From Epithemia pelagica (Eukaryota; Protista; Bacillariophyta), in contig OX337238.1 in NCBI GenBank assembly GCA_946965045.2, forward strand, positions 1,984,001 to 2,048,000: a stretch of 64,000 bases of DNA, in the 5' to 3' direction. Numbering within the stretch: the first letter of the stretch is position 1; every line of letters begins with the position of its first letter. The notes beneath the pieces were generated by a model that was not told the origin of the DNA, made no database searches, and was given only the letters and a program-made list of their open reading frames with translations. The position numbers and the translations under genes are program-made. Of this stretch, positions 10,165 through 22,122 are shown piece by piece.

Positions 10165-12648
10165 ATGTCCAGCAATCAAACAGATGGCCCAAGGCCTGAT
10201 CAAGCGACATCATCTTCGAACCAGTCCCAAGGACGTGGTAACCAAGGTCGTGGAGGACGAGGAGGACGCGGACGATCGAACCAAGGTCGAGGACAGCGCC
10301 AAAATCAACCAAAGTTTGAAGGGCAAGAGCCGCTGCTCAAGGAGTGCATATTTGATTATGCCCATGATGCACAATCAAAGAAGTACCTGAAGAACATCGA
10401 GCTACTTGTCGGATACGTGGGGACCAAGTTCCCGAAGTATAACATGATTTTTCAACGTGGAATAGAGAATTTGGAAATTCCTCCACCGCAAAGGCCAGAA
10501 ATCCCTGAAGACGAAAGCACCATGACGATGCTAGCCGTCGAGCAGTGGAAAATGGAGTTCAAGCAGATACAAGAGCAAGAAGTTGCAATTGGCAGTTTCA
10601 AGTCCTCGCTGTACAGTCTCTTGCTCGGCCAGTCAACACCCGTACTCAAAGACAAGCTCAAGGCACACGCGTCGTTCGAAAGCATTCACACAAGTCGTGA
10701 TGGAATCGAACTACTCAAGTTAATCAAGAGTATCACCTTCACCTACGATAGTGATAGAGTCTACACTGGAATGGCCATGGATAAAGTGAGGGCAGACTTC
10801 TACACCATGAAGCGCCATCCTGGCCAGTCAATCCAGGCATTCTATGAAGCCTTCACTGCTAAGGTAAAGATCATGAGGGAGTTGGGAGTGGTGTTATGCG
10901 ACCCAACCTACGTGAATGAAATAGCCAAGAAAAATGAGCGAACAACTGCTGAGGATGCCGACAGGGAAGAGGCAGAAGAAAGGATGATCGCAAATAGATT
11001 CATCAGGGCGTGTGGGGTGAAGGAGTATGAGGCTCATCTCCACAACAGCTTCTTGGATGGGAACACAATATACCCATCAACCTTGGCAAATGCCCGTGCA
11101 ATCATTGATGCACGAATGGTTCGCCGTGATAGCCAACAGAACAATAATAACAACAACAATCAGAACCAAGGACAAGGGACAGGCACTGGTGTAGCTTTTG
11201 TGGCTGGGAACTCTAATGCAAGCGAGCATGGGTCATCAGAGAACAGCCAAAATGGATCTAGCTCAGAAGGTTCGCGCTCAATTGCAATTTGTACTGACAA
11301 CCACTACTCTGTCTCACATATATTCGCTGCCTCTACTTTGTCACAGGATAATGTCCCTCCCCATTGGGTCCTATTGGACAGCCAAGCAACAGTTAGCATT
11401 TTCAGTAACAAGAAACTTATTACCAACATCACAAAGGTGGCAACAACCATGACCATCCGAGGCCTTTGTGGTAAAAGAACAACCAACCTACAGGCCCAAG
11501 TCAAGAATTATGGTACCGTATGGTACGACCCAGGCGGTTGGGTGAATATTTTATCTATGCATCAAGTGAAAAGAGCACACAGTATCCATTTCAACAGCGT
11601 GAAAGAAGACGAATTCATTGTCCGGGCAATACTGACAGGGGAAGTCACAGATATATTCCGCCCCAGCCCTGAAGGACTGTACTATACTAGCTGGCCAAGT
11701 GCCCCATTCACACACGGCTCTGTTTTAGTTAGTACAGTTAAAGACAATAAGACATCATATTCGAAACAAGATATCAAACGGGCTGAAGCCGTAAGGCAAC
11801 TGCAAGCCAAGATAGGACGGCCAAACACCCGAGAATTCATCAGAATCCTTGATGCAAAGATGATCAACAATTGCCCATATACAAGCAAGGACGTAAAGAT
11901 TGCTGAAAGTCTGTTTGGGCCCGATATAGGAACGCTAAAAGGAAAGACCGTGCGATCAAAGCCAACCAAAGTGCACACGGAGGAAATTAAGGAGTGTAGA
12001 ATCCCTGCCGAATATCAAGATGTCACACTTGGGATGGATGTTATGCATGTGAATGGTGTGGGGTTCCTAGTGACCGTGTCACGAAACATCAAGTTCGGAA
12101 CCATTGACGTAATCTCAAGTACACAAGATAGTGAAATCGTCCAGTCAATCAAGAAAGTGGTCAGTACCTACAGAAGAGGGGGCCTGCGGCCTAAAATTAT
12201 ACTAGCTGATGGTGCCTTCGACACCACAGAGATTAACAACGCCCTTGGACTACTGGGAATAAAATTGAATCCGACGTCACGAGAAGAACATGTCGGTGAC
12301 ATTGAGCGTTACATCAGAACAATCAAAGAGAGAATGAGATGTGTGTATAACACCCTACCATTTAGTTTTGTCCCGCGGATAATGGTGATGGAGCTTGGGA
12401 AATTCGCTGTCTACTGGCTGAACTCATTCCCGGCCAAGAATGGAATATCAGACCGGTCAAGCCCTCGATTATTGGTAACTGGTGAGGATATCGACTTTCA
12501 CAAGCACTGTCAGTACGAGTTCGGGCAGTACGTACAAGTACACGAACCGCATAACAACACCATGCAGCCACGAACAGTCGGAGCCATTGCACTCCGACCA
12601 ACAGGAAACAAACAAGGGGGTTACTACTTTATGAGTTTGGTATTCTAA
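10165..12648 (+). CDS. Copia-1 gag-protease-integrase
   Basis: Protease LLDSQATVSIF; integrase D-D-E in MDVMHV, LADGAF and GDIERYIRTIKER. No CCHC knuckle visible in Gag. Confidence 0.9.
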   Translation: MSSNQTDGPRPDQATSSSNQSQGRGNQGRGGRGGRGRSNQGRGQRQNQPKFEGQEPLLKECIFDYAHDAQSKKYLKNIELLVGYVGTKFPKYNMIFQRGIENLEIPPPQRPEIPEDESTMTMLAVEQWKMEFKQIQEQEVAIGSFKSSLYSLLLGQSTPVLKDKLKAHASFESIHTSRDGIELLKLIKSITFTYDSDRVYTGMAMDKVRADFYTMKRHPGQSIQAFYEAFTAKVKIMRELGVVLCDPTYVNEIAKKNERTTAEDADREEAEERMIANRFIRACGVKEYEAHLHNSFLDGNTIYPSTLANARAIIDARMVRRDSQQNNNNNNNQNQGQGTGTGVAFVAGNSNASEHGSSENSQNGSSSEGSRSIAICTDNHYSVSHIFAASTLSQDNVPPHWVLLDSQATVSIFSNKKLITNITKVATTMTIRGLCGKRTTNLQAQVKNYGTVWYDPGGWVNILSMHQVKRAHSIHFNSVKEDEFIVRAILTGEVTDIFRPSPEGLYYTSWPSAPFTHGSVLVSTVKDNKTSYSKQDIKRAEAVRQLQAKIGRPNTREFIRILDAKMINNCPYTSKDVKIAESLFGPDIGTLKGKTVRSKPTKVHTEEIKECRIPAEYQDVTLGMDVMHVNGVGFLVTVSRNIKFGTIDVISSTQDSEIVQSIKKVVSTYRRGGLRPKIILADGAFDTTEINNALGLLGIKLNPTSREEHVGDIERYIRTIKERMRCVYNTLPFSFVPRIMVMELGKFAVYWLNSFPAKNGISDRSSPRLLVTGEDIDFHKHCQYEFGQYVQVHEPHNNTMQPRTVGAIALRPTGNKQGGYYFMSLVF

Positions 12649-12668
12649 ACCGGGCAAAAGCAACGATA

Positions 12669-15093
12669 TTGCCAATGCCCGAAGGAATAGAGAAAAGAGT
12701 AGCGGCATTGACAGCAACACAAGACCAATATCCTGAATTGGCCTTTGGAAATCGTGACAACCGAATCACAATGGTTAATTTTGAGGATCTTGGCTATAAT
12801 GAGGACGACGACGAGGATTATGTTGTACATGAGGATTTTGACGAAGTATTAAGATATGATGACGAGTTTATTGCTGAGGAGCTGGCCGATGTTCAGGATG
12901 ACGAACCAGTGGGGGAGGACATTGTCGCTGATGATTATGTAAGTGATGGAGATGGAGAGGATGAAGGAGTGTTGGATGGTCTGGAGGACGAGGAGCCTGA
13001 AGAACATGGTTTGAATGATGAGGAAGGTGACAACGTGGTAGACAATGTAGCTAACGTGGATCATCATGTGGATAATCACTTGGAACCAGCAGCGGAACCG
13101 AATTCGGGTCCAACTACAGCTCCGAATGCAGAGGCACACCAAATGGAGAATGCCTCGGTACAAACTCAGGAAGACACTGGAGAAATTATTGAGCAATTCA
13201 TGGAGCAAGCTACGGCCGATGATGAGATGGCAAATAACAATAATGAAGCACCTGAAGTGGAGACAGACAGCAATGAGTCGGATATGGAGACTGCGAGAAG
13301 AGAACCGAACGAGGGTCCAACTGCAGCTCCCAGTGGAGACGATGCAAACAGGGCGAGTCCACCACGACACCAATACAACCTACGAACCAATCGAGAACGG
13401 AATTATGCCCATCGTTATCACGGTGATATCTATGTTAGCAGCAGTACTGTTCAGGACCTGTCGACACCACAAATGAGCATGAAACAAGGGGTGAGACTGT
13501 TCGGAGATGCAGGAGTGGCAGCAGTGAAAACTGAAGTTGTTCAACTTCACGAACGAGAAGTCATAAGAGCAATACAGAAAAGCAGTCTTACACCGGGACA
13601 AATAAGATAAGAGAAGCGTTAGGATACTTAATGTTCCTTAAACGAAAGAGGAATGGGAAAATAAAAGGAAGAGGATGTGCAGACGGAAGGAAACAAAGAG
13701 CATACATTGCCAAGGAAGATGCAACCTCACCGACTGTCAGTACAGATGCTGTATTTATCACAGCAATCATTGACGCCATGGAGGGTCGCTGTGTGACTGT
13801 GGTAGACCAGGTGCATTCATGCAAGTGATGATGGACAAAGGCGTGCACATGAGAATCACGGGACTAATGGCAACACTTTTGATCGAGATCGATTCAAGTT
13901 ACAAACAGTTTGTTGTGTATGAACATGGCGAACCGGTCATCTATGTTGAATTGCTGCGTGCTCTGTACGGAACTCTTCGGGCAGCTCGGCTGTTTTGGGA
14001 GCGTCTGTCAGCTGAGATCAAGGAGTGGGGATTCATTATCAACCCATATGACAGCTGTGTGGCGAATAAGGTGATCAACGGGTCACAATGTACCATAACC
14101 TGGCACATTGATGACCTGAAAATATCACACAAAGAAGACAAAGTGGTTAGTGACATTGTGGATCAAATCAAGCATAGCTTCGGTCAGCTGGGAGAAATCT
14201 CAGTATCGGAAGGAAAAAGACATGATTACCTGGGCATGTACCTGGATTATACCGAGCCTGGGGTATTGATTGTTGACATGAGAAGTTACATTCAAAATGC
14301 ATTGGACGAAATGCCGAAACAGTTCAAAGGGAAAGCAGTGACCCCTGCTGCACAACATTTGTTTGCAGTAAACGACAATGCTCCAAAGCTCAACAAGGAA
14401 AAGAGTGAATACTTCCATAGTCTGGTGATGCAATTGATGTATCTTGCCCACCGTGGTCGCCCCGATATCCGTGTAGCCATCGGATTCCTGAGCACAAGAG
14501 TTGCAGCACCCGACCTTGACGATTGGAGAAAGTTGAGTCGGGTCATGAAGTATTTACAGTCAACCTTTGATTTGTTGTTGCGTCTCGAGTGTGATGGAAG
14601 TGGACGGGTGCAATGGTGGATTGATGCATCGTATGCCGTACACTCCGACATGCGAGGTCACACTGGTGCAGTGATGAGTCTAGGCAAAGGTGGTGCCATG
14701 AACATGTCGAGTAAACAAAAGCTTGTGTCACGAAGTTCCACGGAAAGTGAACTGATTGGGGTTCATGACGGACTGCCAAATTTGTTGTGGTGCCGAAATT
14801 TTCTGCACCATCAAGGGTATCAACCTAAAGACGTTGTGCTGTACCAAGATAATATGAGCGCATTACAGTTAGAGAAAAATGGACGCGCATCAAGCAGCAA
14901 GAGAACGAAACACATCAACGTACGCTATTTTTACGTGAAAGACCGGATTGCGAAGAAAGAATTGCGTGTGGAACATTGCCCAACCGAAGAGATGTTGGCT
15001 GACTTTCACACTAAGCCACTGCAAGGTCATCTGTTTTACAAGTTTCGTGACGCTATCCTCCATATTCCAAAAAAAGGAGTGTGTTGGAGGTAG
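12669..15093 (+). pseudogene. Copia-1 RT-RNase H, broken by frameshifts
   Basis: Motifs KGRGCADGRKQR, LYGTLRAA, WHIDDLK, WIDASYAVH, HINVRYFYVKD, ADFHTKPL. Lesions at about 12640, 13602-13611 (ATAAG duplicated) and about 13807 (VD[IP]GAF motif disrupted). Confidence 0.9.
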
Positions 15094-15293
15094 CTGGAGT
15101 CGGATGTGCGACTAAGGACAAAGAACAGGCGAAAATGGATGACGAGAACACGTGGCAGCTGGTGACGCGAAAGAAAAAGAGTCATAGTAGATCTAGTGGT
15201 AACGAGGGCACCAAGTGCTCATTCTATCAACAATAAGAAGTTATCGATCCTTTTGTTGCTTGTACGGCACTTGGTAGGGATTGTGTTTCAACA
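15082..15293 (+). repeat. 3' LTR of Copia-1
   Basis: Identical to the 5' LTR and followed by TSD GGTTG. Confidence 0.97.
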
Positions 15294-15635
15294 GGTTGCC
15301 TTCGTTCGGTGACGTGCAATCATTCTGTACGTCAAAAACGGAAGTTACACATGGCACGGACTTACTATTAACCTTCGAATGCAAATAGCCATCCATCGTT
15401 GATCCCTCGCTTGCCACCCCCGTACTAATTTGAAGCATCGCATTAGTACGGAATGTCCCGGAAAGCCCGTCACGAAAAAGCCTCTCTGTTGACATGCATG
15501 AGGTAAATGGGCGGCGACGTGCAATGCCATCGAGGAACTCCTCTTGAACATTAGGCTGATCCTTTGTTTCGCTCATCTTGCACGAATTCATCGGTCCGGA
15601 AATGCGAAGGCTCCGTAGAATTTTGATCATATCGC

Positions 15636-17235
15636 TCACTTTTTTATCTGATGAATTAAGCGGTTGACCGTCCCAAAATGTGCTGACCACGTGTGGAAAA
15701 AGGCGGACACCTGTGTACAGGGAGGTACCCATGCCTTTCGGGGGATTCTTGTTGCTTGCCGCCATGCCAGATGCCGAATTTTGACAAGCGGATGTCTTGA
15801 GCCGTTTCGATTGCTGTTGCCGCTGGTCAAATGATGTGCGCAAGATATACTGTAGTCGTAGAGTATGGGACTTGATGTTTTTGTATGTAACGAATCATTT
15901 AAATCATTTCTTCTTCGTTCGATTTCGGGTGCCACAATGGACGAATAGAAGTAATCAGCCATATCTCCACGGTCGTCTTCCTCCGTCAGTACATTGTGAA
16001 AACATGTTGAATTTTGTTTTCCCATAGTGCCGCATCGATTTTTAAATCAAATTTCGTCATGACCCAGCATATGAGGGACAATGTGCTTCGCGGTAAATGC
16101 ACGAACAATTTCGTGCTGTTCATTTTTGTCCACCATATCCAGGAGGTCGAGCTCGTTGGCGACATCTCTGTAAAAAGGAGGTGCAAACAGACTCAATACA
16201 TTCGCCATGCTCAGAGAAGCAGCTCCCCCAGCGGAAGCGGAGCCATGATAGTTTTGATGTACCGTTCCACCGCCTCCCATTGAAGAGGAGCTCAGACCGC
16301 TTCCGGATGATTGACCCCTGTCTTGTCCAGTTGAAGGTAGATACTTTGAATCCTGGTCAGGCGGGCCACCGTCATCGTGATTAAATTTCACTCGCTTGCT
16401 TCCGTCCACGCTTTCGTTCGCATGGAACGAATCGAGAACTGCTCTAAATGAAAGTCGATCGGTAAAAGTCGTAGGAAGTGCGTTTGGTGCTTGGGCGGAA
16501 CCACTGAACATGCTCTCCAACAAATGCTTTGCATCCGCTCCAGCTGTTTGACGAGACAGTTCGAGCTTGAAGACACAAATCTTTCGTTTCACATCATCGG
16601 TCGCTGCAGCAAACCAAAAAAACTGCCAGAATAGGTTCAAATCAGTCAAAACCGAAACAACTGGAAAATCAATATTGAGGTAAACCGCGGCAAAATGTTC
16701 ACACACAGTGGAGTGTGATTCTTCTCTTCAAGGCTCCTGGGTTTCTTCAATTCCAACAGAGCTAGAATATTGCCCCGCACCGTGTCGGTTTGCGAATCTG
16801 CCATCGTGGTGATTGCAACATCCGTACTTCCACTCATCTTTCGACTTATTTCTTCACTCTTATCCATCAACTCTACCGTCAACAGTTGCTTTTCTGGCTA
16901 CACATCTACCAATGTGAATTCGGATGGGATCTGTAGCATCTGTCGAAGGTGAGTCATGTAACCTCTTCGATTGTCGTCGGAGTCTTCTTCTGAGGGGTCC
17001 CACTCATATACCCTTGGAGAGTTGCCAAGTTTTTCGGCTTGTTGTCCCACACAGAGCCCTTCACTTTCATCCCCAGCGAACCCAACAACTCATTCATCCC
17101 TGTAGCTGTGGCTCGTGAAAGAACAATCGTATGCTTTTGCTTCGCCTGTTCAATCCCCAATTCAATGAGACCCTGTATGGCTTCTTGAAAAGGGTCTTGC
17201 GGCAGCAGCAGCTGCGACGGCTGAATGGCAGCCAT
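15636..17235 (-). pseudogene. Crinkler/CR-type restriction-endonuclease-fold (PD-(D/E)xK) gene, multiply frameshifted
   Basis: Consecutive frames give MAAIQPSQ..., then MSGSTDVAI...LALLELKKP (TD...ExK), then CEHFAAVYL...VVSVLTDLNLFWQFFWF, the motif order typical of CRN-type REase domains. Confidence 0.6.
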
Positions 17236-17459
17236 CAACGTGGCGCCATCGTCGCATTGTTGATTAGAAAAAATTGACAATCGCAATCAACGAAAATATT
17301 TTTAATTGACGACAAACAATGCCATTGTCGGATCGGTGACAAAACGAGGCAAGATGGATACGACGGATATGAATATTCGCACTTTGATACGTCGTAACAA
17401 CCCTTGTTCACAATTCGTAGACAAATTGAGAACTTGACAGTACAATCATCGTCCATTGA

Positions 17460-19459
17460 TCAAAAGACTAGAAGCCTTTTCAGCTTTGCGTAGTCCAGTG
17501 TGCTGGCGGCTTCAAACACACCACTGAAGTACTCTACACGAAGCTGGCGTTCCTCTGACCACACTTGCAAAGCTGTTCCAAAATCCCCTGGCTCAATAGC
17601 AGATATTTTCCTCAAGATGCGTCGTTCGCCGGAGTTGACTGCCACAACCGTTTTCACAAACGCTTCAAGATCGTCCTTGGGCGTATAGTGATGTTTCATG
17701 CCTAAGTGTGCAGCGTTCACAACAGCCTCACTTCCGTACCGAAATGTCCCCTCAAACGGCGGTGGAGGGTCCATTCGAGTATCTAATGATAGGGCAAATC
17801 CCCAGTCAATGAGATACAAGTTGCCGGTTGCATCTTCCAGTATGTTTTCAGGACGGATATCCCGATGGACTACCCCGGCCGCGTGAACACTTTTCAAACA
17901 ATCCAACATTGCAGCAACCTTGTCAACTGAAAATGTTCCAACGAATGGTCGTAAAAGTTTATCAAAAAATAGGACAAAGTCTGCAACTTTGGTGCACTTC
18001 AGTAGCCCGTTCATTCCCGATTCGCTCAGATCCATAATACTCTTCTCGTGGTCAACAAGGTGGTGAAACGTATGCTTCATGACCTTGATTACTCCATCAA
18101 CTCCTCCTCCTTGTCCATTTTCTAGTCGAGCTGCAAATACTGTGGAAGTAGCTCCTTCTCCGACGCAGTACAAAACTTTTAGATTGTGGCCACCGTCGAC
18201 AGGCTGGTCAATCTTTGGAAAGACGCGCCCCAGTTCAAAAGAAGACTTGGATAACATTGTGAGAAGCTGACGCTGTCCATCTTCACCAGGAAGCAAAGAA
18301 GCAGGCTTGGATATCTTGGTAACGAATTGTTCGTCGATCTCCATTGTTTCGGCCCACCGTATGGTCTTATCGTCGAGCGCACAATGGAAGAGGGCAGTAT
18401 AAACACACGTACGTCCTCTTTGAATACAGAGAATTCGCTCGCCGTAGTCTACAATCTCCATCTGATCAGAGTTCACAAACTTCTTTTTCTGCTCGAATGC
18501 TATTGCCACGTCATATTTTGACTGAGGCGGTTTCGCCTTGCCTTTAGCGGAAGCAACTAGTTCACCGTTTGGAATAGAGTCAGTCGTACAAAAATCGGGC
18601 TCGACCCCAGCTGAAACTCCGTCATCAAGTTTGAGCCAATGGCCATCTTTTGACCAGAAAAGCTGCTGGTGAATAGTTCGCCCAGCTTTCACCGCAGATT
18701 CCACGAGCTTCTTCATCTCCCCAAGGAAATAGGGATGATGTGTCTTGTTTTCATCCTTTGATGGATCTGGACCATCGCTCTGAAATGCATCTGTACTTTT
18801 TAATGGATCAGCGAGATCAAAGAAAAAATCATGCCCAAAGCTAATGCGGTTTTGAAAGACCATGGAAGAGAAGGCGTGGCTCTTGGACACATAGGAAAGC
18901 GTGCGGGTCGGACGTCCCTTGTTTTCGATGATGCGGTGTTTGATGACCAGCGATTCAAGCGTCTCCTCAGCATGGCGCTTCACTGACGAGTCTCTCTGTC
19001 GCTGACCATTCATGTATGAATAGAGAGTAGGGAAAAGATAGAGGTACATTAAAAAACATGATGTGAGGGCTTCAATTTGTTCACTCATTTATGCTGTCAT
19101 GTGCAATTGACTCTTGTTGCTGCGGTAGTGCAGCTCAATACCAGCCTGCCCAGATAATTGATGAAACAGGCAGAATGACAAGAATCTCAAAATCGAATAC
19201 AGATACACAATCACAAATTCAAACTCACTTGTGCCTCCTTTTCTTCGCTGGTTCTTTCTGCCTTTCGGAGACGAATGATATATCGATTGAGTCTCTTTCG
19301 CGCAATGAAATTGGTAACATTTAATGCGTCATATACTTCAGTCAGATCTTCATTTTCAGGATCAAATTGCTCAAGGGGTATGCCAGTACCAGATCCATCT
19401 TTATATGCTGCAGCTGCTTTTTTCCATCGCCGTTCCTCATCTGTTGTTTCCATTTCCAT
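17460..19459 (-). CDS. CR-effector-like protein: header exon + REase + Ser/Thr kinase (2 exons)
   Basis: Exon 1 19459-19229 (MEMETTDEERRWKKAAAA...EKEAQ); GT-AG intron about 19228-19002, phase 0. Exon 2 has EPDF...FEQKK (REase) and GEGATSTVF, VIKVMK, HRDIRPEN, LIDWG (kinase). Confidence 0.8.
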
Positions 19460-19531
19460 GGTTGCTGTCTTTGGTTTGATTGCCGCTCCTTTTTCTGCGG
19501 CGCAAGGGTGCAACTTTCGTGGAACAACAAA

Positions 19532-19758
19532 AGGAGGAGTAACTCGGTTAGAAGTTCCAAGAGATCCAACGACCAAAGATTACAACAACTGCGTGGACTG
19601 GATTAGTATTGACACTCCAGACGAGATCGCCGAAAGGTTGCTACAACGAAATCAAACTCATTTCGGACAAGCTCATGGAACATTTCCTACGGTCCCTCCA
19701 TTCTCTGAGTGGGTGGACTGGTCGGCTTCCTCACATACAGCTGATCTCATTTTGGAAC
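19532..19758 (+). mobile_element. Fragment of a non-LTR retrotransposon (LINE) ORF2
   Basis: Translates to WISIDTPDEIAERLLQRNQTHFGQAHGTFPTVPP, resembling the pre-RT region of stramenopile LINEs; no RT motifs follow. Recognised from memory only. Confidence 0.55.
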
Positions 19759-19861
19759 ACGAGACTGAAAAGGTGCGTTGGACGGGAATCGGAACATCAA
19801 AAAAAGGGGAGATAGGCCTCCTAGCCCTGCTAGCAGCAACTCCTATCCTTTACTCCTACTC

Positions 19862-21903
19862 CTAGAAGTAATCCTGGTTTCGGTTTGGGCTTCCACTGGC
19901 ATCATCCATCTCACCTAGCTCAACACTTGCTGGGAGATCAGGATTCTTTTGGAAGAAATCAATCATCTCATGAAGGTCAAGCGTACTCACGGCAGAGACT
20001 TCCAAGTCGAAGAAGAAAGTGCTCATCTGACGTAGCGAATGCAAGTCATGCTCCTTCATCATTTTCAGGCCCTCCTTGGCCCCGTCGTGTCGATAGTATT
20101 GAAAATCACCATAGTTGTACCCAAGCACGTAGGTAGCACCTTCTTCCCGCGAAAGATCAAAGTCAATTACAAAACCGTCCTCCCCCGCCCTGTCAAAAAG
20201 TACGTTGCGAGGCAGGAGGTCTCCGTGAACGAAGTTAATCTCGTGCATCTTTTGTATCTGCAAAAGAATCTTCAGCCATCCGGGGATCGACGGAGTGTAT
20301 GGATTGCCTTCAATGAAAGGATAGCGCAAAACTGCCGTGCCGAATGGTCCTTTGTGTTCTTTCCACTCCGAGTAGGGCGATCCTAAGTGCTTTAGTAGTT
20401 TCTCTGGTGGCGGTTTCCTTTTGTCTGATTCTTCGATTATCATTAGCGGCATCATGTCAGTACTGGCCTGACGCAGATGGTAGCAATACTCCTTGTACAC
20501 AAACTTTGCTCCTCTGGCCGCTTCGATAATGGTCACGTTCTTGCCAGCATATTCGGTTATGGCTGCAATCTCGCCTTGTTCTTTTAGTGGAATGGGAACT
20601 TTGTGCTGTACACGAGGTTGTCCCCTCCAAGAATCCAGTTTCTCCAAAGCATCCGAGATGAACCGAAGGACAATTGGCAGGTTCTTTTTTCCATTGCCAT
20701 CTTCAATGCTCATGCGCAGTAGTTGTACAGTCCAGAATGTCTCTTTTCCCTCCTCCAAGTCCTCCCACGCGACAACTTTGTCTTTTTCAAGTTTCCCGGC
20801 CTTGGTGGATGGAAATCCTAAATCAATTTCAATCTTGTTCTTGTCAAATGCAAAAAGAAGCATCGGTCCGTTGGTTCCCTTGCGAGTGAAACAATTGTCA
20901 ATTGCACGATGGCGGAGTAATTCGTTGAACATCTGTCCTCTCGTTTCCTGACGAAGATCGGATGTGTTCCACTTTCCCTCCCCAACCATGAGTGTGATAG
21001 GCGGCAAATTTTTTTGGATGCGAGTAGCCGATATATCTGAATGCGTTGATCCGACCCCGAGACATGCCTGGTGCAACACACAGTAACCATCCTTGAGAAC
21101 TGAGTTGATTGCATTTGCCATAGCACCTGTAAAAAACCTCTCATTCGTACCAATATCATTTGGTACCGCTCCATTAGTCAATTGATCCCGGGCGTGCAGA
21201 GCATACTTTGCCGCTGCGTGAAAGGAATCGTCGAGGTTCTGATTCTGCTGAGCTTTGATAGTCGTTTCTAATATCTCCAAAAGCGCCACAGTGTAGGGGA
21301 TACTTGTGCACTGCATGTAGCTACTGTCGTCTTCACTTGCATGGCGCAATCCTTCGATTCGACCTTCCTCTGACGATGGAGACTTCCTGGGATGTGTCTG
21401 CTTTGACGATTCTTTTCCAGTCGAAGGAGGTGCTGTTTTGGTTCGGCGCTTGCTCGCTATGGGACTTCGAGGAGGTAATCCACCATGGTGTATTGGTGGC
21501 TTTGATTGGAACAAATAAAGTTGAAAGCACGTGTTTAGACAAAAAGCAAGTGGCCCGCAGAAGAGGTAGATTCAGTTTCACAGGACGTGATCAAGCACAT
21601 GAGAGCTCGGACAGAACTCGATTCAGAAGGCAAAATGACTACAGAATCTCGAAATCAAATACAGATACACAAATTCAAACTCACCTCGTTTTTATTTTGC
21701 AATGGACCTTGTTCTCGAAGATGTCGAATATATGCTTGGAGTCTTTTTTGTTCCAACCTACCTTGGACATCCAAGGTCTCATAAGCGAGGTTCATGTCTT
21801 CAGGCTTGTCAGGGTTAAACTCTCGTAGAGGTACCCCCCTGCCTTCATCGCACGCTGCAGCAACTGCTTCCCATTTTGTCTCCTCTTCAGTTGGTGTTTG
21901 CAT
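19862..21903 (-). CDS. CR-effector-like protein: header exon + REase + kinase-like domain (2 exons)
   Basis: Exon 1 21903-21685 (MQTPTEEETKWEAVAAAC...QNKNE); intron about 21684-21500, phase 0. Exon 2 has HSDISA...VGEGK...Q (REase) and VYKEY, VHGDLLPRNVL, VIDFDLS (kinase-like). Confidence 0.8.
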
Positions 21904-22002
21904 CTCTGCAGTGGATTTAGTGTCAGGAAGAAAAAAAAAGGTACAATCTGCGATGAAGGTTGTAATTCTACATCCGCTCCGCGGAGTGGGGAGGCACAAG
22001 GA

Positions 22003-22122
22003 GGGGCTATTGACTCCGAGAAGGGCAATAGCTTCGAGAAGTGGACCGCCTTCTAAATCCGCGTCAGCGGATTTGGCGGTCAACGACGAGGAGCTATTGC
22101 CTGCCGAGGAGTCAATAGCCCC
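22003..22122. repeat. 120-bp interrupted foldback, present only in copy 1
   Basis: Perfect 15-bp arms (22003-22017 / 22108-22122), inner 9-bp arms (22025-22033 / 22092-22100), accgcc/ggcggt, and a central aaatccgc-gtca-gcggattt stem. Confidence 0.8.

Larger units (their letters stand above)
9098..15293 (+). mobile_element. Ty1/copia LTR retrotransposon (Copia-1), full length, pol frameshifted
   Basis: Identical 212-bp LTRs at 9098-9309 and 15082-15293 (TG...CA), 5-bp TSD GGTTG (9093-9097, 15294-15298), PPT aaaaaaaggagtg before the 3' LTR, domain order gag-PR-IN-RT-RH. Confidence 0.97.
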
